A stretch of DNA of 64,000 bases. It comes from a candidate division TM6 bacterium UASB340 (lineage in GTDB: Bacteria > Babelota > Babeliae > Babelales > UASB340). The stretch's first letter is position 1; each line of letters begins with the position of its first letter. This document shows positions 1-7,865 of the stretch, one piece after another. A program made the position numbers and the translations under genes. The stretch covers positions 3,018 through 67,017 of the forward strand of contig LDIX01000003.1 in NCBI GenBank assembly GCA_001468925.1, written 5' to 3'. The notes under the pieces are model-generated. The model was not told the origin of the DNA. It worked only from the letters and a program-made list of their open reading frames with translations, and did no database searches.

Positions 1-739
1 AAAATTCAGGAACTGCCAATAATTTCGTAATCTTATATTCTTTAAGTAAGTCTTTTATATAAGAATATGAATGAACATATATAATATGAGCGCTATATTT
101 TTGAGCTAAAAAAAATCCTATCGTTTGTTCAAAAATATGCGTTAATGGCAGAATAGATAAGAATCTTTCTTGCCCAAGTTTTAATGGAACTATTTTAGAT
201 ACAGCAACTACATTTGAAAATATATTTTTATGTGTTAGCGCAACTCCCTTTGGATCGCCAGTAGTTCCCGAGGTATACAAAATTTCCACACAATCACTAT
301 CTTGCAAATCTCTTTGAATAAAATTTTTTTTACTTAATTCATCTATATAATCAGATAAAAATTCAATATATAAACTATCTATTTCTTCGGATAAATCTAA
401 ATTTAAAAATTTACTTTTTATAATAAGTTTTGGCTCTGTTTGTTCTATTATTTTTATTACGATTTCAGAACTACTTTGAATGTTAATTGGAACTAAAATT
501 GATCCATTTAATATAGTTCCCCAATAAACTATTCCCCAATAAGGAGAATTCGGTGCAATAATTAAAACTTTATCACCCTTATTAATATTTAAACTTTGTA
601 AAAATACTGCAAATTTTATAGCCTTTTCATATATTTGTGAATAATTAAAACTGCAGATTCTATATCCAATTTTTTGCGAAAATGCAATTTTTGATCCATG
701 TTTTTTCGCATTGGTTTTCAATATTTGAGTAAGAAGCAT
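1..739 (-). CDS. AMP-dependent acyl-CoA synthetase/ligase (FadD-like), N-terminal part; C-terminus lies beyond the window start
   Basis: Absent from the ORF track because it runs off the window. My minus-strand translation from the ATG at 739 is open to position 1: MLLTQILKTNAKKHGSKIAF...EILYTSGTTGDPKGVALTHKNIF...LPLTHIFEQT. YTSGTTGxPKG is the AMP-binding signature. Confidence 0.85.
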   Translation of the reverse strand, partial: MLLTQILKTNAKKHGSKIAFSQKIGYRICSFNYSQIYEKAIKFAVFLQSLNINKGDKVLIIAPNSPYWGIVYWGTILNGSILVPINIQSSSEIVIKIIEQTEPKLIIKSKFLNLDLSEEIDSLYIEFLSDYIDELSKKNFIQRDLQDSDCVEILYTSGTTGDPKGVALTHKNIFSNVVAVSKIVPLKLGQERFLSILPLTHIFEQTIGFFLAQKYSAHIIYVHSYSYIKDLLKEYKITKLLAVPEF

Positions 740-833
740 CTTAATCCTCTTTATAGAATTTAAATTATTTGTAATATTAAAGATCTGGATAGAATAGAAA
801 TTTTTATAATTAAAAATCAATTACGGAGATATA

Positions 834-2219
834 ATGCGTACAAAAATTAGCCAAATAACACAAAAAGATATTGGCAAAGAATTTAAAATTATGGGCTGGA
901 TTAAATCCTCAAGAATTTCAAAAAATTTCTCTTTTATAGAAATAAATGATGGATCTTGTTTTAATAATTTACAGGTAATTTTAAATTCTGATATACCGGA
1001 ATACGAGTTTATTACATCAAAAATAACAACCGGTGCATCCGTAAGCATTATAGGCGATTTAGTAAAAAGCCAAGGAAAAGAGCAAGCCTTTGAGCTTGTT
1101 GCAAAAAAAATTAATATACTCGGAGAATGTGATCCTGAAAAATATCCTTTACAAAAAAAGAGGCACTCTTTTGAATTTTTAAGAGAAATTGCTCATTTAA
1201 GAGCAAGAACCAATACATTTGGTGCTATTGCAAGAGTTCGAAATACTTTGGCATTTGCAACCCATGAATTTTTTCAACAAAAAGGTTTTTTATACATTAA
1301 TACTCCAATAATTACAGCCGCAGATTGCGAAGGCGCAGGAGAAATGTTCAGAGTTTCAACTCTCGATCCCGAAAATTTACCAAAAACAGATAAAAATAAT
1401 ATTGATTATAAAAAAGACTTTTTTGAAAAACCTGCATATTTAACAGTATCAGGACAACTTGAAGGTGAAACTTATGCCTGCGCACTTTCAGACATTTATA
1501 CTTTTGGACCAACATTCAGAGCAGAAAACTCTAATACATCTAGACATTTGGCCGAATTTTGGATGATAGAGCCTGAAATGGCTTTTGCCGATATTAAAGA
1601 TAATATGAATTGTGCTGAAGATTACATAAAACACTGTATTAAATCTGTTTTAGAAAAATGCCCACAGGACATTGAATTTTTTAATAAATTTATAAGTCCC
1701 GGAGTCATAGATAAATTAAAAAATGTTTTAGCTCAACCGTTTGAACGTCTTGAATATACAAAAGCAATAGAAATACTTAAAAATTCTACTAAAAAATTCG
1801 AATATTCTGTTGAATGGGGAACCGATTTACAATCAGAACATGAAAGATATTTAGCTGAAGAACACTTTAAAAAACCAGTAATTTTATACAACTATCCTGC
1901 TCATATAAAAGCATTTTACATGAGACAAAATGATGATGGTAAAACAGTTGCTGCAATGGATATATTAGTTGCCGGAATTGGTGAAATAATTGGAGGATCT
2001 CAAAGAGAAGAAAGACTTGATATTCTTGAAGCAAAAATGGATAAAATGGAACTTGATAAACAAAGCTATTGGTGGTACTTGGAATTAAGAAAATATGGTA
2101 GCGTACCACATGCCGGCTTTGGGCTTGGTTTTGAAAGACTTGTGCAGTTTGTTACCGGAATGGAAAATATAAGAGATGTTATTCCATACCCAAGATATCC
2201 AGGCCATTGCGATTTTTAA
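834..2219 (+). CDS. asnS: asparagine--tRNA ligase
   Basis: 461-aa ORF with class IIb aaRS layout. It contains [21 protein letters not shown] and the C-terminal GFGLGFERL motif typical of AsnRS. A GGAGA RBS lies upstream. Confidence 0.95.
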   Translation: MRTKISQITQKDIGKEFKIMGWIKSSRISKNFSFIEINDGSCFNNLQVILNSDIPEYEFITSKITTGASVSIIGDLVKSQGKEQAFELVAKKINILGECDPEKYPLQKKRHSFEFLREIAHLRARTNTFGAIARVRNTLAFATHEFFQQKGFLYINTPIITAADCEGAGEMFRVSTLDPENLPKTDKNNIDYKKDFFEKPAYLTVSGQLEGETYACALSDIYTFGPTFRAENSNTSRHLAEFWMIEPEMAFADIKDNMNCAEDYIKHCIKSVLEKCPQDIEFFNKFISPGVIDKLKNVLAQPFERLEYTKAIEILKNSTKKFEYSVEWGTDLQSEHERYLAEEHFKKPVILYNYPAHIKAFYMRQNDDGKTVAAMDILVAGIGEIIGGSQREERLDILEAKMDKMELDKQSYWWYLELRKYGSVPHAGFGLGFERLVQFVTGMENIRDVIPYPRYPGHCDF

Positions 2220-2231
2220 ATTTTGGGTGTC

Positions 2232-2253
2232 ATCCCGGCCACCGAGCCGGGAT
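2232..2253 (+). terminator. GC-rich hairpin after asnS (ATCCCGGC-caccga-GCCGGGAT)
   Basis: Perfect 8-bp GC-rich stem 13 nt after the asnS stop. It is followed by CCAGTCTTATT rather than a clean T-run. Confidence 0.45.
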
Positions 2254-2389
2254 CCAGTCTTATTAAAACTATAACCCAAAGCTTTCGCATTGGGCTACCA
2301 TAATATCGCATTGCATTCGCAACGCTACTCGAATTTTTATAATTTATATATTTTTTACAAATCCAATATTGGCCTGCCAGCCGACCTGT

Positions 2390-2414
2390 CCGTCGAAGCC
2401 TTGTGCGAAGACGG
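2390..2414 (-). repeat. GC-rich trailer hairpin, copy 1 (RNA sense CCGUC-UUC-GC-ACAAG-GC-UUC-GACGG)
   Basis: Lies in the GC-rich block 2369..2434, 3' of tRNA-Ala(CGC). An outer stem CCAGCC (2377-2382)/GGCTGG (2429-2434) includes the tRNA CCA complement. Confidence 0.6.
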
Positions 2415-2431
2415 AAGCCTCGTGCGTAGGC

Positions 2432-2507
2432 TGGTGGAGATGAGCGGAGTCGAACCGCTGGCCTTTCGCGTGCGATGCGAACGCTCTACCAACTGAGCTA
2501 CACCCCC
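2432..2507 (-). tRNA. tRNA-Ala (anticodon CGC)
   Basis: Manual cloverleaf of the reverse complement GGGGGTGTAGCTCAGTTGGTAGAGCGTTCGCATCGCACGCGAAAGGCCAGCGGTTCGACTCCGCTCATCTCCACCA. G3:U70 Ala identity pair, anticodon loop AT-CGC-AC, GTTCGACTC T-arm, encoded CCA. Confidence 0.9.
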
Positions 2508-2522
2508 GGAAATTATACTTAC

Positions 2523-2558
2523 AAAAAAACCACTGCGCTAACAGTGGTTAAATTTTTT
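2523..2558. terminator. Bidirectional intrinsic terminator (AACCACTG-cgctaa-CAGTGGTT, flanked by an A-run and a T-run)
   Basis: 8-bp stem. On the minus strand it reads AACCACUGUUAGCGCAGUGGUUUUUUU, downstream of tRNA-Ala(UGC). Confidence 0.6.
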
Positions 2559-2594
2559 ATTGGCTTATAAATTTTTTATAGATTGCTGGTCCGC

Positions 2595-2618
2595 CACACA
2601 TAGCCTTGGCGAAGTATG
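2595..2618 (-). repeat. GC-rich trailer hairpin, copy 2 (RNA sense CAUAC-UUC-GCC-AA-GGC-UAU-GUGUG)
   Basis: Starts inside the CCA of tRNA-Ala(UGC). Same architecture as the other copies, with a U-G wobble in the outer stem. Confidence 0.55.
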
Positions 2619-2692
2619 GTGGAGGTAAGCGGATTCGAACCGCTGGCCTTCCGCGTGCAAAGCGGACGCTCTACCAACTGAGCTATACCCCC
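2617..2692 (-). tRNA. tRNA-Ala (anticodon UGC)
   Basis: Reverse complement GGGGGTATAGCTCAGTTGGTAGAGCGTCCGCTTTGCACGCGGAAGGCCAGCGGTTCGAATCCGCTTACCTCCACCA. G3:U70 pair, anticodon loop TT-TGC-AC, encoded CCA. Confidence 0.92.
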
Positions 2693-2717
2693 GAAAATTT
2701 CAAATTTTCTGGCCTGT

Positions 2718-2741
2718 CATACGAAGCTTTAGCGAAGTATG
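2718..2741 (-). repeat. GC-rich trailer hairpin, copy 3 (RNA sense CAUAC-UUC-GC-UAAA-GC-UUC-GUAUG)
   Basis: 24-mer identical to 14350..14373. The first two nt are the CA of the tRNA-Ile CCA end. Confidence 0.65.
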
Positions 2742-2816
2742 GTGGGCCTAAGTAGACTCGAACTACTGACCTCTCCGTTATCAGCGGAGTGCTCTAACCA
2801 ACTGAGCTATAGGCCC
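2740..2816 (-). tRNA. tRNA-Ile (anticodon GAU)
   Basis: Reverse complement GGGCCTATAGCTCAGTTGGTTAGAGCACTCCGCTGATAACGGAGAGGTCAGTAGTTCGAGTCTACTTAGGCCCACCA. Perfect 7-bp acceptor stem, anticodon loop CT-GAT-AA, encoded CCA. Confidence 0.92.
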
Positions 2817-2833
2817 TTATTGCATTTTCTGAA

Positions 2834-2862
2834 ATTATATATGTATTTTAAGACTCTTGCAA
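2834..2862 (-). promoter_or_regulatory. Putative sigma70-type promoter for the tRNA Ile-Ala cluster (TTGCAA-17 nt-TATAAT)
   Basis: The minus strand reads TTGCAAgagtcttaaaatacataTATAATttcagaaaatgcaataaGGGCC. The -10 box ends 17 nt before the tRNA-Ile 5' end. AT-rich background lowers specificity. Confidence 0.45.
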
Positions 2863-2985
2863 CAATTTATTTGATACAAATCAACATAATATAATAAAAA
2901 AATGCTTTATTGACCTAGTTAGCAACTTTTAACTATTATATTTTATGCGTAAGTAATGTAAATACAATTTTCAAGGGAGATAAAA

Positions 2986-3165
2986 ATGAATCCAAATAAT
3001 ATGAATAATAACAAAGGCCCAATTCAAGAAAAACAAAATTTTTTTAAAAGATTAAAAAATATGGCTATAACAACTAAAAATAAATTAAAAATTAGATTTA
3101 AAAATCACTTTCCGATGAGAATTTGGGCTAAAGGAAGTGAAAAACATAAAGGTCCAAAAATTTAA
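2986..3165 (+). CDS. Small basic hypothetical protein (59 aa, not in the ORF track)
   Basis: ATG preceded by AGGGAGA. Translation MNPNNMNNNKGPIQEKQNFFKRLKNMAITTKNKLKIRFKNHFPMRIWAKGSEKHKGPKI. An 11-bp-stem hairpin follows. No family recognised. Confidence 0.35.
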   Translation: MNPNNMNNNKGPIQEKQNFFKRLKNMAITTKNKLKIRFKNHFPMRIWAKGSEKHKGPKI

Positions 3166-3171
3166 ATCATA

Positions 3172-3209
3172 TTAAGCAAAGATTAGGCCTTTAAACCCTC
3201 TTTGCTTAA
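3172..3209 (+). terminator. Hairpin TTAAGCAAAGA-16 nt-TCTTTGCTTAA after the 59-aa ORF
   Basis: Perfect 11-bp inverted repeat 7 nt after the stop. No strong T-run. Confidence 0.35.
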
Positions 3210-3277
3210 TTAACCCAATATTCTATAATAAAAAAGATAATAAAATATATTTAAATTAAATAACTCATTGTATAAAA

Positions 3278-4357
3278 ATGTTAATAGATGAATTAAAAGA
3301 AACTCTTAAAAATTTAGAACCCGATATTAATGCCATAAAACTTTTTTGGCAAAATTCCCAAAATAACGAAAAATTCGAATCATTGGAAAAAGAAATTAAT
3401 CAAGAAAATTTTTGGCAAAATACGAAACGAATCGAAATATCAAAGGAACATCAAAATTTAAAAGCATTAAAAGATAATTTTAATGAAATAATAAATTTAT
3501 ATACTGAAACCATAGAGCTTTTGGACTTATTTGCTCAAAATGAAGAAGAACTTTTAAAATTAAAACCGGAAATAAATAGCTTTGTAAAAAAAGTAACCAA
3601 ATTCAAACTAGAATTATTATTAAATAAACCTGATGATTCAAGTAACTGTTTTTTAAATATCAATTCAGGTGCCGGTGGTACAGAGTCTCAAGACTGGGCA
3701 AATATGCTTTTGCGTATGTATGTAAGATTTTGCGAAAGAGAAAATTTTAAAATTGACGTTTTGGATTACCAAGCAGGTGAAGAAGCCGGTATAAAATCTG
3801 CATCTTTATATATAAAAGGCAAAAATGCTTATGGATTTTTAAAGTGCGAAAATGGAATTCACAGATTGGTACGAATTTCACCCTTCGATGCAAATAAAAG
3901 AAGGCACACCTCTTTTGCTGCCATAAATGTAACTCCTGAAGTTGAAGAAGAAGCAATTAAAATAAATGAAGAAGATTTACGAATTGATACTTACAAATCA
4001 GGTGGAGCCGGGGGACAACATGTAAATAAAACAGAATCTGCGATACGAATTACACATATACCATCGGGAATTGTTGTTCAATGCCAAAGTGAACGCTCAC
4101 AAACTCAGAATAAACAAACTGCGCTAAAAATGCTGATGGCAAAACTTGTTGAAAAACAAAAAGAAGAACAAGATGCAAAAGAAAAATCTGTAGAAAAGAA
4201 AAAAATTGAATGGGGTTCTCAGATACGATCTTACGTTTTACATCCATACAAAATGGTTAAAGATCTAAGAACGGATTATGAATGTCCACAACCGGATTTA
4301 ATTTTGGATGGCGATTTAATGCCTATGATAGAAAAATATTTGGTAAAATTTAATTAA
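3278..4357 (+). CDS. prfB: peptide chain release factor 2
   Basis: SPF tripeptide (RISPFDANKRRHTSF) and GGQ (SGGAGGQHVNKTES). 359 aa in one uninterrupted frame. Confidence 0.93.
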   Translation: MLIDELKETLKNLEPDINAIKLFWQNSQNNEKFESLEKEINQENFWQNTKRIEISKEHQNLKALKDNFNEIINLYTETIELLDLFAQNEEELLKLKPEINSFVKKVTKFKLELLLNKPDDSSNCFLNINSGAGGTESQDWANMLLRMYVRFCERENFKIDVLDYQAGEEAGIKSASLYIKGKNAYGFLKCENGIHRLVRISPFDANKRRHTSFAAINVTPEVEEEAIKINEEDLRIDTYKSGGAGGQHVNKTESAIRITHIPSGIVVQCQSERSQTQNKQTALKMLMAKLVEKQKEEQDAKEKSVEKKKIEWGSQIRSYVLHPYKMVKDLRTDYECPQPDLILDGDLMPMIEKYLVKFN

Positions 4358-4362
4358 ATTAG

Positions 4363-5337
4363 ATGCTAATGCTTTTTAAAAAATTAGAAAACGAATTACA
4401 ATACATTTTCAATAAAAAACCCAAAATTATTTTGGGCCTTTCCGGAGGTCCGGACTCTGTATTTTTGTTTTATTTTCTAAATAAACTACACAAAGAAAAT
4501 AAAATTGAACTAATAGCTGTAAATCTTGATCACGAATGGCGTAAAGAATCAGCACTTGATACTGAATTTTGTAAAAATCTTTGTGAACAAAATAATATAA
4601 AATTTATTGGTAAAAAGGCCAGCGAGCTACAATTAAATTTAAAATTTAACGGATCAATGGAAGATATCGGTCGCAAACTTCGCCAACATCTATTTAAACA
4701 AGTGTTAGTTGAAGAAAATGCACATTATGTAGCACTAGCACATCACATGCAAGATCAGCAAGAAACATTCTTTTGGCGAATTATTAGAGGCACAACATTA
4801 AATGGCCTTACATGCATGAAATATGATGAACCTCCATTTATTAGACCTTTATTAAATATCGAAAAAAAAGATATTTTAGATTATTTAAATAGTAATAATA
4901 TTAAATATTTAATAGATCAAAGTAATAATTCTGATAAATATCTACGTAATAGAATTAGAAAATATGTAATTCCACAGCTTGAACTTGTTGACCCTAGATT
5001 TACACAAAAATTTGCATCTACATTAAAACATCTTCAAGATGAGGAAGATTTTTTAAATAAGCTCACACAAAAAACTTTTGATTTTATTTTCAAATATTCT
5101 GAAGTTCATAAAAAATTTGTGGGCAATTTAAAAGAATTTATCGAGCTTGATTTGGTTTTGCAAAAAAGAGTTTTAATCTATTTATTTAACAAAGAAAAAG
5201 TTAAATTCAATCCAAGTGATAGTTTATTAAACGAAATTTTACGTTTTTTGAAAAATAAAAACGGTGGCAAACATAAAATTAATGAAAATTTTTGTATATT
5301 CAAAAAACAAAATCTATTTGGAACTATAAATAGTTAA
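4363..5337 (+). CDS. tilS: tRNA(Ile)-lysidine synthase
   Basis: N-terminal PP-loop LSGGPDSVFL followed by LDHEWR. Size and layout fit TilS. Confidence 0.85.
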   Translation: MLMLFKKLENELQYIFNKKPKIILGLSGGPDSVFLFYFLNKLHKENKIELIAVNLDHEWRKESALDTEFCKNLCEQNNIKFIGKKASELQLNLKFNGSMEDIGRKLRQHLFKQVLVEENAHYVALAHHMQDQQETFFWRIIRGTTLNGLTCMKYDEPPFIRPLLNIEKKDILDYLNSNNIKYLIDQSNNSDKYLRNRIRKYVIPQLELVDPRFTQKFASTLKHLQDEEDFLNKLTQKTFDFIFKYSEVHKKFVGNLKEFIELDLVLQKRVLIYLFNKEKVKFNPSDSLLNEILRFLKNKNGGKHKINENFCIFKKQNLFGTINS

Positions 5338-5421
5338 TTCAAAATTATATTGATACAAAATTTATATTTCGAATAAACTATTGATCAAAATCAGTTTATC
5401 AAATTTTATAGGGACAAAATT

Positions 5422-6126
5422 ATGTTTAATAATCAAAAAATTATACTATTTTTTTCTTTAAATCTTTATTTAATAACATTAACTGGCACGCCAAAAAATA
5501 TGTTAATTAAACAAAAACCTATATTTGAATTAAAAAGTTTTTATACAGAACTTGAAAAAGATTATTTTAAAGCAAATCCTTGGGATTTTATGGATACTGT
5601 TTTTGTTGATAATTTAGAAAATGCAACAACTTTATATGAAAAACTCCCATTCATAATTGCAAATTTACCATTTATTGCGACACTAACCATATTTGCAGGA
5701 GAAATTATTATCAATGAAACAGCTAATGATACCGCAATGGCTACATTAATATTTGGCTTAATAATATCTATCGCCAGCTCACCATTTTTATCAAAAATAA
5801 CTAAATATTTTACATCAGGTAAAGATTACGAACATAAATTAAACAAAGTTCTTAATTGGTTCATGAAAAATTACAATCCAAATTTGAATTTAAATCCCAA
5901 TAATATAAAACAATTCGTTCCCAAAGAATTGCATAGCTTATTTGACGGTATGTACAAAGAATACTTAACACAGGGAAATAATTTTTTAAAAAGTGAAGCA
6001 ACAGTTTCTATAGTTAGCAGAATTATAGAAAGAATTGTTTATGAAATTAAATCAGAAAAATATAGAACACCACCCAAAATTAAAATAATCAATAGCAACT
6101 ATTTATCATCAACACAGTACTCTTAA
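5422..6126 (+). CDS. Hypothetical membrane protein
   Basis: AGGGA RBS. N-terminal hydrophobic segment and two central TM-like stretches (LPFIIANLPFIATLTIFAG, AMATLIFGLIISIASSPFL). No family recognised. Confidence 0.5.
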   Translation: MFNNQKIILFFSLNLYLITLTGTPKNMLIKQKPIFELKSFYTELEKDYFKANPWDFMDTVFVDNLENATTLYEKLPFIIANLPFIATLTIFAGEIIINETANDTAMATLIFGLIISIASSPFLSKITKYFTSGKDYEHKLNKVLNWFMKNYNPNLNLNPNNIKQFVPKELHSLFDGMYKEYLTQGNNFLKSEATVSIVSRIIERIVYEIKSEKYRTPPKIKIINSNYLSSTQYS

Positions 6127-6223
6127 TATGTATATTAATAATAAAAAACTTAAATAATTTATTTTGCCACTCAAATAAGCTAATATAGAGATTAGTAATA
6201 ATTAATGCTAATTTGGGTAGTAA

Positions 6224-7381
6224 ATGAATAACAATAAAAAAAGTAAATTTAAATTATTTTTATTAATATCTATATTAATTCACTTAATATTGCTACTTAT
6301 TTTATTAACTCATGCATTCAAAAAAACAAGACGAGATTTAACTAAAATATTTTTTGTTAACGATAAAAAAGATTTACCCAAAGAAGAAGAGATTAAAAAA
6401 GCTCTCGAAAAGCTCAAAGAAGAAAAAAATCAAATAAAAAAAGAAGAAGAAAAAAAAGAAATAAAATTAGATGAAAGACCTGCAGCTTTAAAGCCAAGGA
6501 AATCAAACTTTGGAAACACAACATATTTTGATGAAGAGCCACAGTTTGTTCCGCCAATATCTGAAAAAATAGCAGAAAAAGCAGAACAAGAAAAATTCGA
6601 TGTAAAATCCGAAGAAGAAAAAATAATAGAACCTGATAAAATTTTAGAAAAAAAAGAAATAGTCGAAAACAAAGAACAAAAAAAAGAGATAACCCAAACA
6701 GATAAAGAATCTAAGTTTATAGAAAAAAAAGAACAGCAAGCAAAAACAACTCTTGAGCAAGATGCTCAAAAACAGGCTAAGCAAGATATAAAAAAAGAGA
6801 TTCAAGAGATAAAGAAACAAGAAGCAAAGCCAAAAGAAGTTAAAAAACAAGAAATAAAAATCACTCAAAATAAACCAAAAGAATCGCTAGAAAAAAAAGA
6901 AGAACTTAGAAACTTTGGCGTTGCGCTTCAAGATAAAAGCCCTGCACCAAAACCTAAAAAAAGTATATTACAATTAACCAAAGGGTTTTTATACAATAAC
7001 AAAGATGAAGGCCAAGATTGGATTAAACGTGATGGCGATGAAAATAAGCGTCCTGATTTTGAAGATTTAAAGCGCATATCTTATACACAACAAATTGCCT
7101 GGCAATTTCAGCAAGAGTCCGGAATTATTTCTTCACATATGTCATACAGCGAAAGAACGCACTTAATGGACGGATATTGTAATGAACCTAATTTACGCAT
7201 AGTTCTTAACAAAAATGGAAGTATTAAACAACTAGAATTAATAAACAGCTCCGGTTCAGTAAGATATGACGATTATATCGTAAAATGCTTTAAAAATGCC
7301 GCACCATTTCCACCAATACCAAATCATTTTAATAGTGATCAATTTGACCTACCTGTAACAATTATAAATCCATTAAGATAA
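6224..7381 (+). CDS. TonB/TolA-like protein: N-terminal TM anchor, long Lys/Glu-rich linker, TonB-C-like domain
   Basis: TM segment FKLFLLISILIHLILLLILL. The C-terminus LRIVLNKNGSIKQLELINSSGSVRYDDYIVKCFKNAAPFPPIP matches the G-x-V...SSG...D...A...F-P-P pattern of TonB C-terminal domains, judged from memory. Confidence 0.55.
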   Translation: MNNNKKSKFKLFLLISILIHLILLLILLTHAFKKTRRDLTKIFFVNDKKDLPKEEEIKKALEKLKEEKNQIKKEEEKKEIKLDERPAALKPRKSNFGNTTYFDEEPQFVPPISEKIAEKAEQEKFDVKSEEEKIIEPDKILEKKEIVENKEQKKEITQTDKESKFIEKKEQQAKTTLEQDAQKQAKQDIKKEIQEIKKQEAKPKEVKKQEIKITQNKPKESLEKKEELRNFGVALQDKSPAPKPKKSILQLTKGFLYNNKDEGQDWIKRDGDENKRPDFEDLKRISYTQQIAWQFQQESGIISSHMSYSERTHLMDGYCNEPNLRIVLNKNGSIKQLELINSSGSVRYDDYIVKCFKNAAPFPPIPNHFNSDQFDLPVTIINPLR

Positions 7382-7507
7382 TTTCTTTTGACATATGTCT
7401 TTTAGTCTGTTAAAGTCTTCATTGCTTTTAGGCAAATATTCGATCGAAATATGCATACACAGCAATTTTGTAAACGTCATAACGTATAAACAATACGGAG
7501 AATTTTT

Positions 7508-7750
7508 ATGAAAAAAATAATCGCATTAGCATTTGCATTTTCATTCGTAGGAACAATTTCAAATTTAATGGGCATGCAAAGAGTACTTAACCTAAGTACA
7601 CAGGAATGGGAAAATGTTCTTGTCATTAATGAAGATAAAAATTGTAAGCAAGATACCGCAATTAATTTAAATACGGGACAAGTAGTATTTCTTAATGGTA
7701 CCTATTTAAATGATAGCGGAAATACATACACCGATAAATACAACGATTAA
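7508..7750 (+). CDS. Small secreted hypothetical protein (80 aa)
   Basis: ACGGAGAA RBS, signal-peptide-like MKKIIALAFAFSFVGTISNLMG, and a strong terminator downstream. Confidence 0.5.
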   Translation: MKKIIALAFAFSFVGTISNLMGMQRVLNLSTQEWENVLVINEDKNCKQDTAINLNTGQVVFLNGTYLNDSGNTYTDKYND

Positions 7751-7770
7751 GATCAATTTGTAGGTTTAAC

Positions 7771-7833
7771 AAAAAATCAGACATTTAATGCAATTTAAGA
7801 ATATATATGGTTGCATTAAATGTCTGATTTTTT
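7771..7833. terminator. Strong bidirectional terminator (about 18-bp stem ATCAGACATTTAATGCAA/TTGCATTAAATGTCTGAT, flanked by A6 and T6)
   Basis: Perfect long inverted repeat read directly from the sequence. Confidence 0.7.
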
Positions 7834-7865
7834 ATAAATAAATTTTATAAAGAGCTTCGCATTAA

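Noticed and set aside
2232-2253. tRNA pseudogene at the asnS 3' end
   Set aside because: Only a single 8-bp helix plus CCA is present, with no D, anticodon or T arms. I kept it as a hairpin/terminator and reported it as a minor finding instead.
2290-2496. 68-aa ORF in the track spanning the GC-rich block and tRNA-Ala(CGC)
   Set aside because: It lies antisense over a tRNA gene and its GC-rich trailer. The open frame comes from locally GC-rich DNA that lacks stop codons. It has no RBS.
2369-2741. CRISPR array formed by the repeated GC-rich hairpins
   Set aside because: The repeats are few, irregularly spaced, in both orientations, and interleaved with tRNA genes. There are no uniform spacers and no cas genes anywhere in the window.
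2220-3277. rRNA genes or integrase/prophage remnants next to the tRNA cluster
   Set aside because: I found no 16S/23S-like sequence and no integrase-like ORF in any frame. The flanks are asnS and prfB.
3278-4357. Programmed +1 frameshift site in prfB
   Set aside because: The RF2 N-terminal region (DINAIKLFWQNSQNNEKFESLEKE) is continuous with the rest of the protein in one frame. I saw no CUU-UGA-type shift site, so this prfB lacks the autoregulatory frameshift.
6224-7381. Tandem DNA repeat inside the Lys/Glu-rich linker, and the antisense ORFs 6430..6672 and 6644..6868
   Set aside because: The aaa/gaa-rich stretch has no exact periodic unit that I could find, so it is compositional low complexity. 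The antisense ORFs are Phe/Leu/Ser-rich shadows of a poly-purine coding strand.
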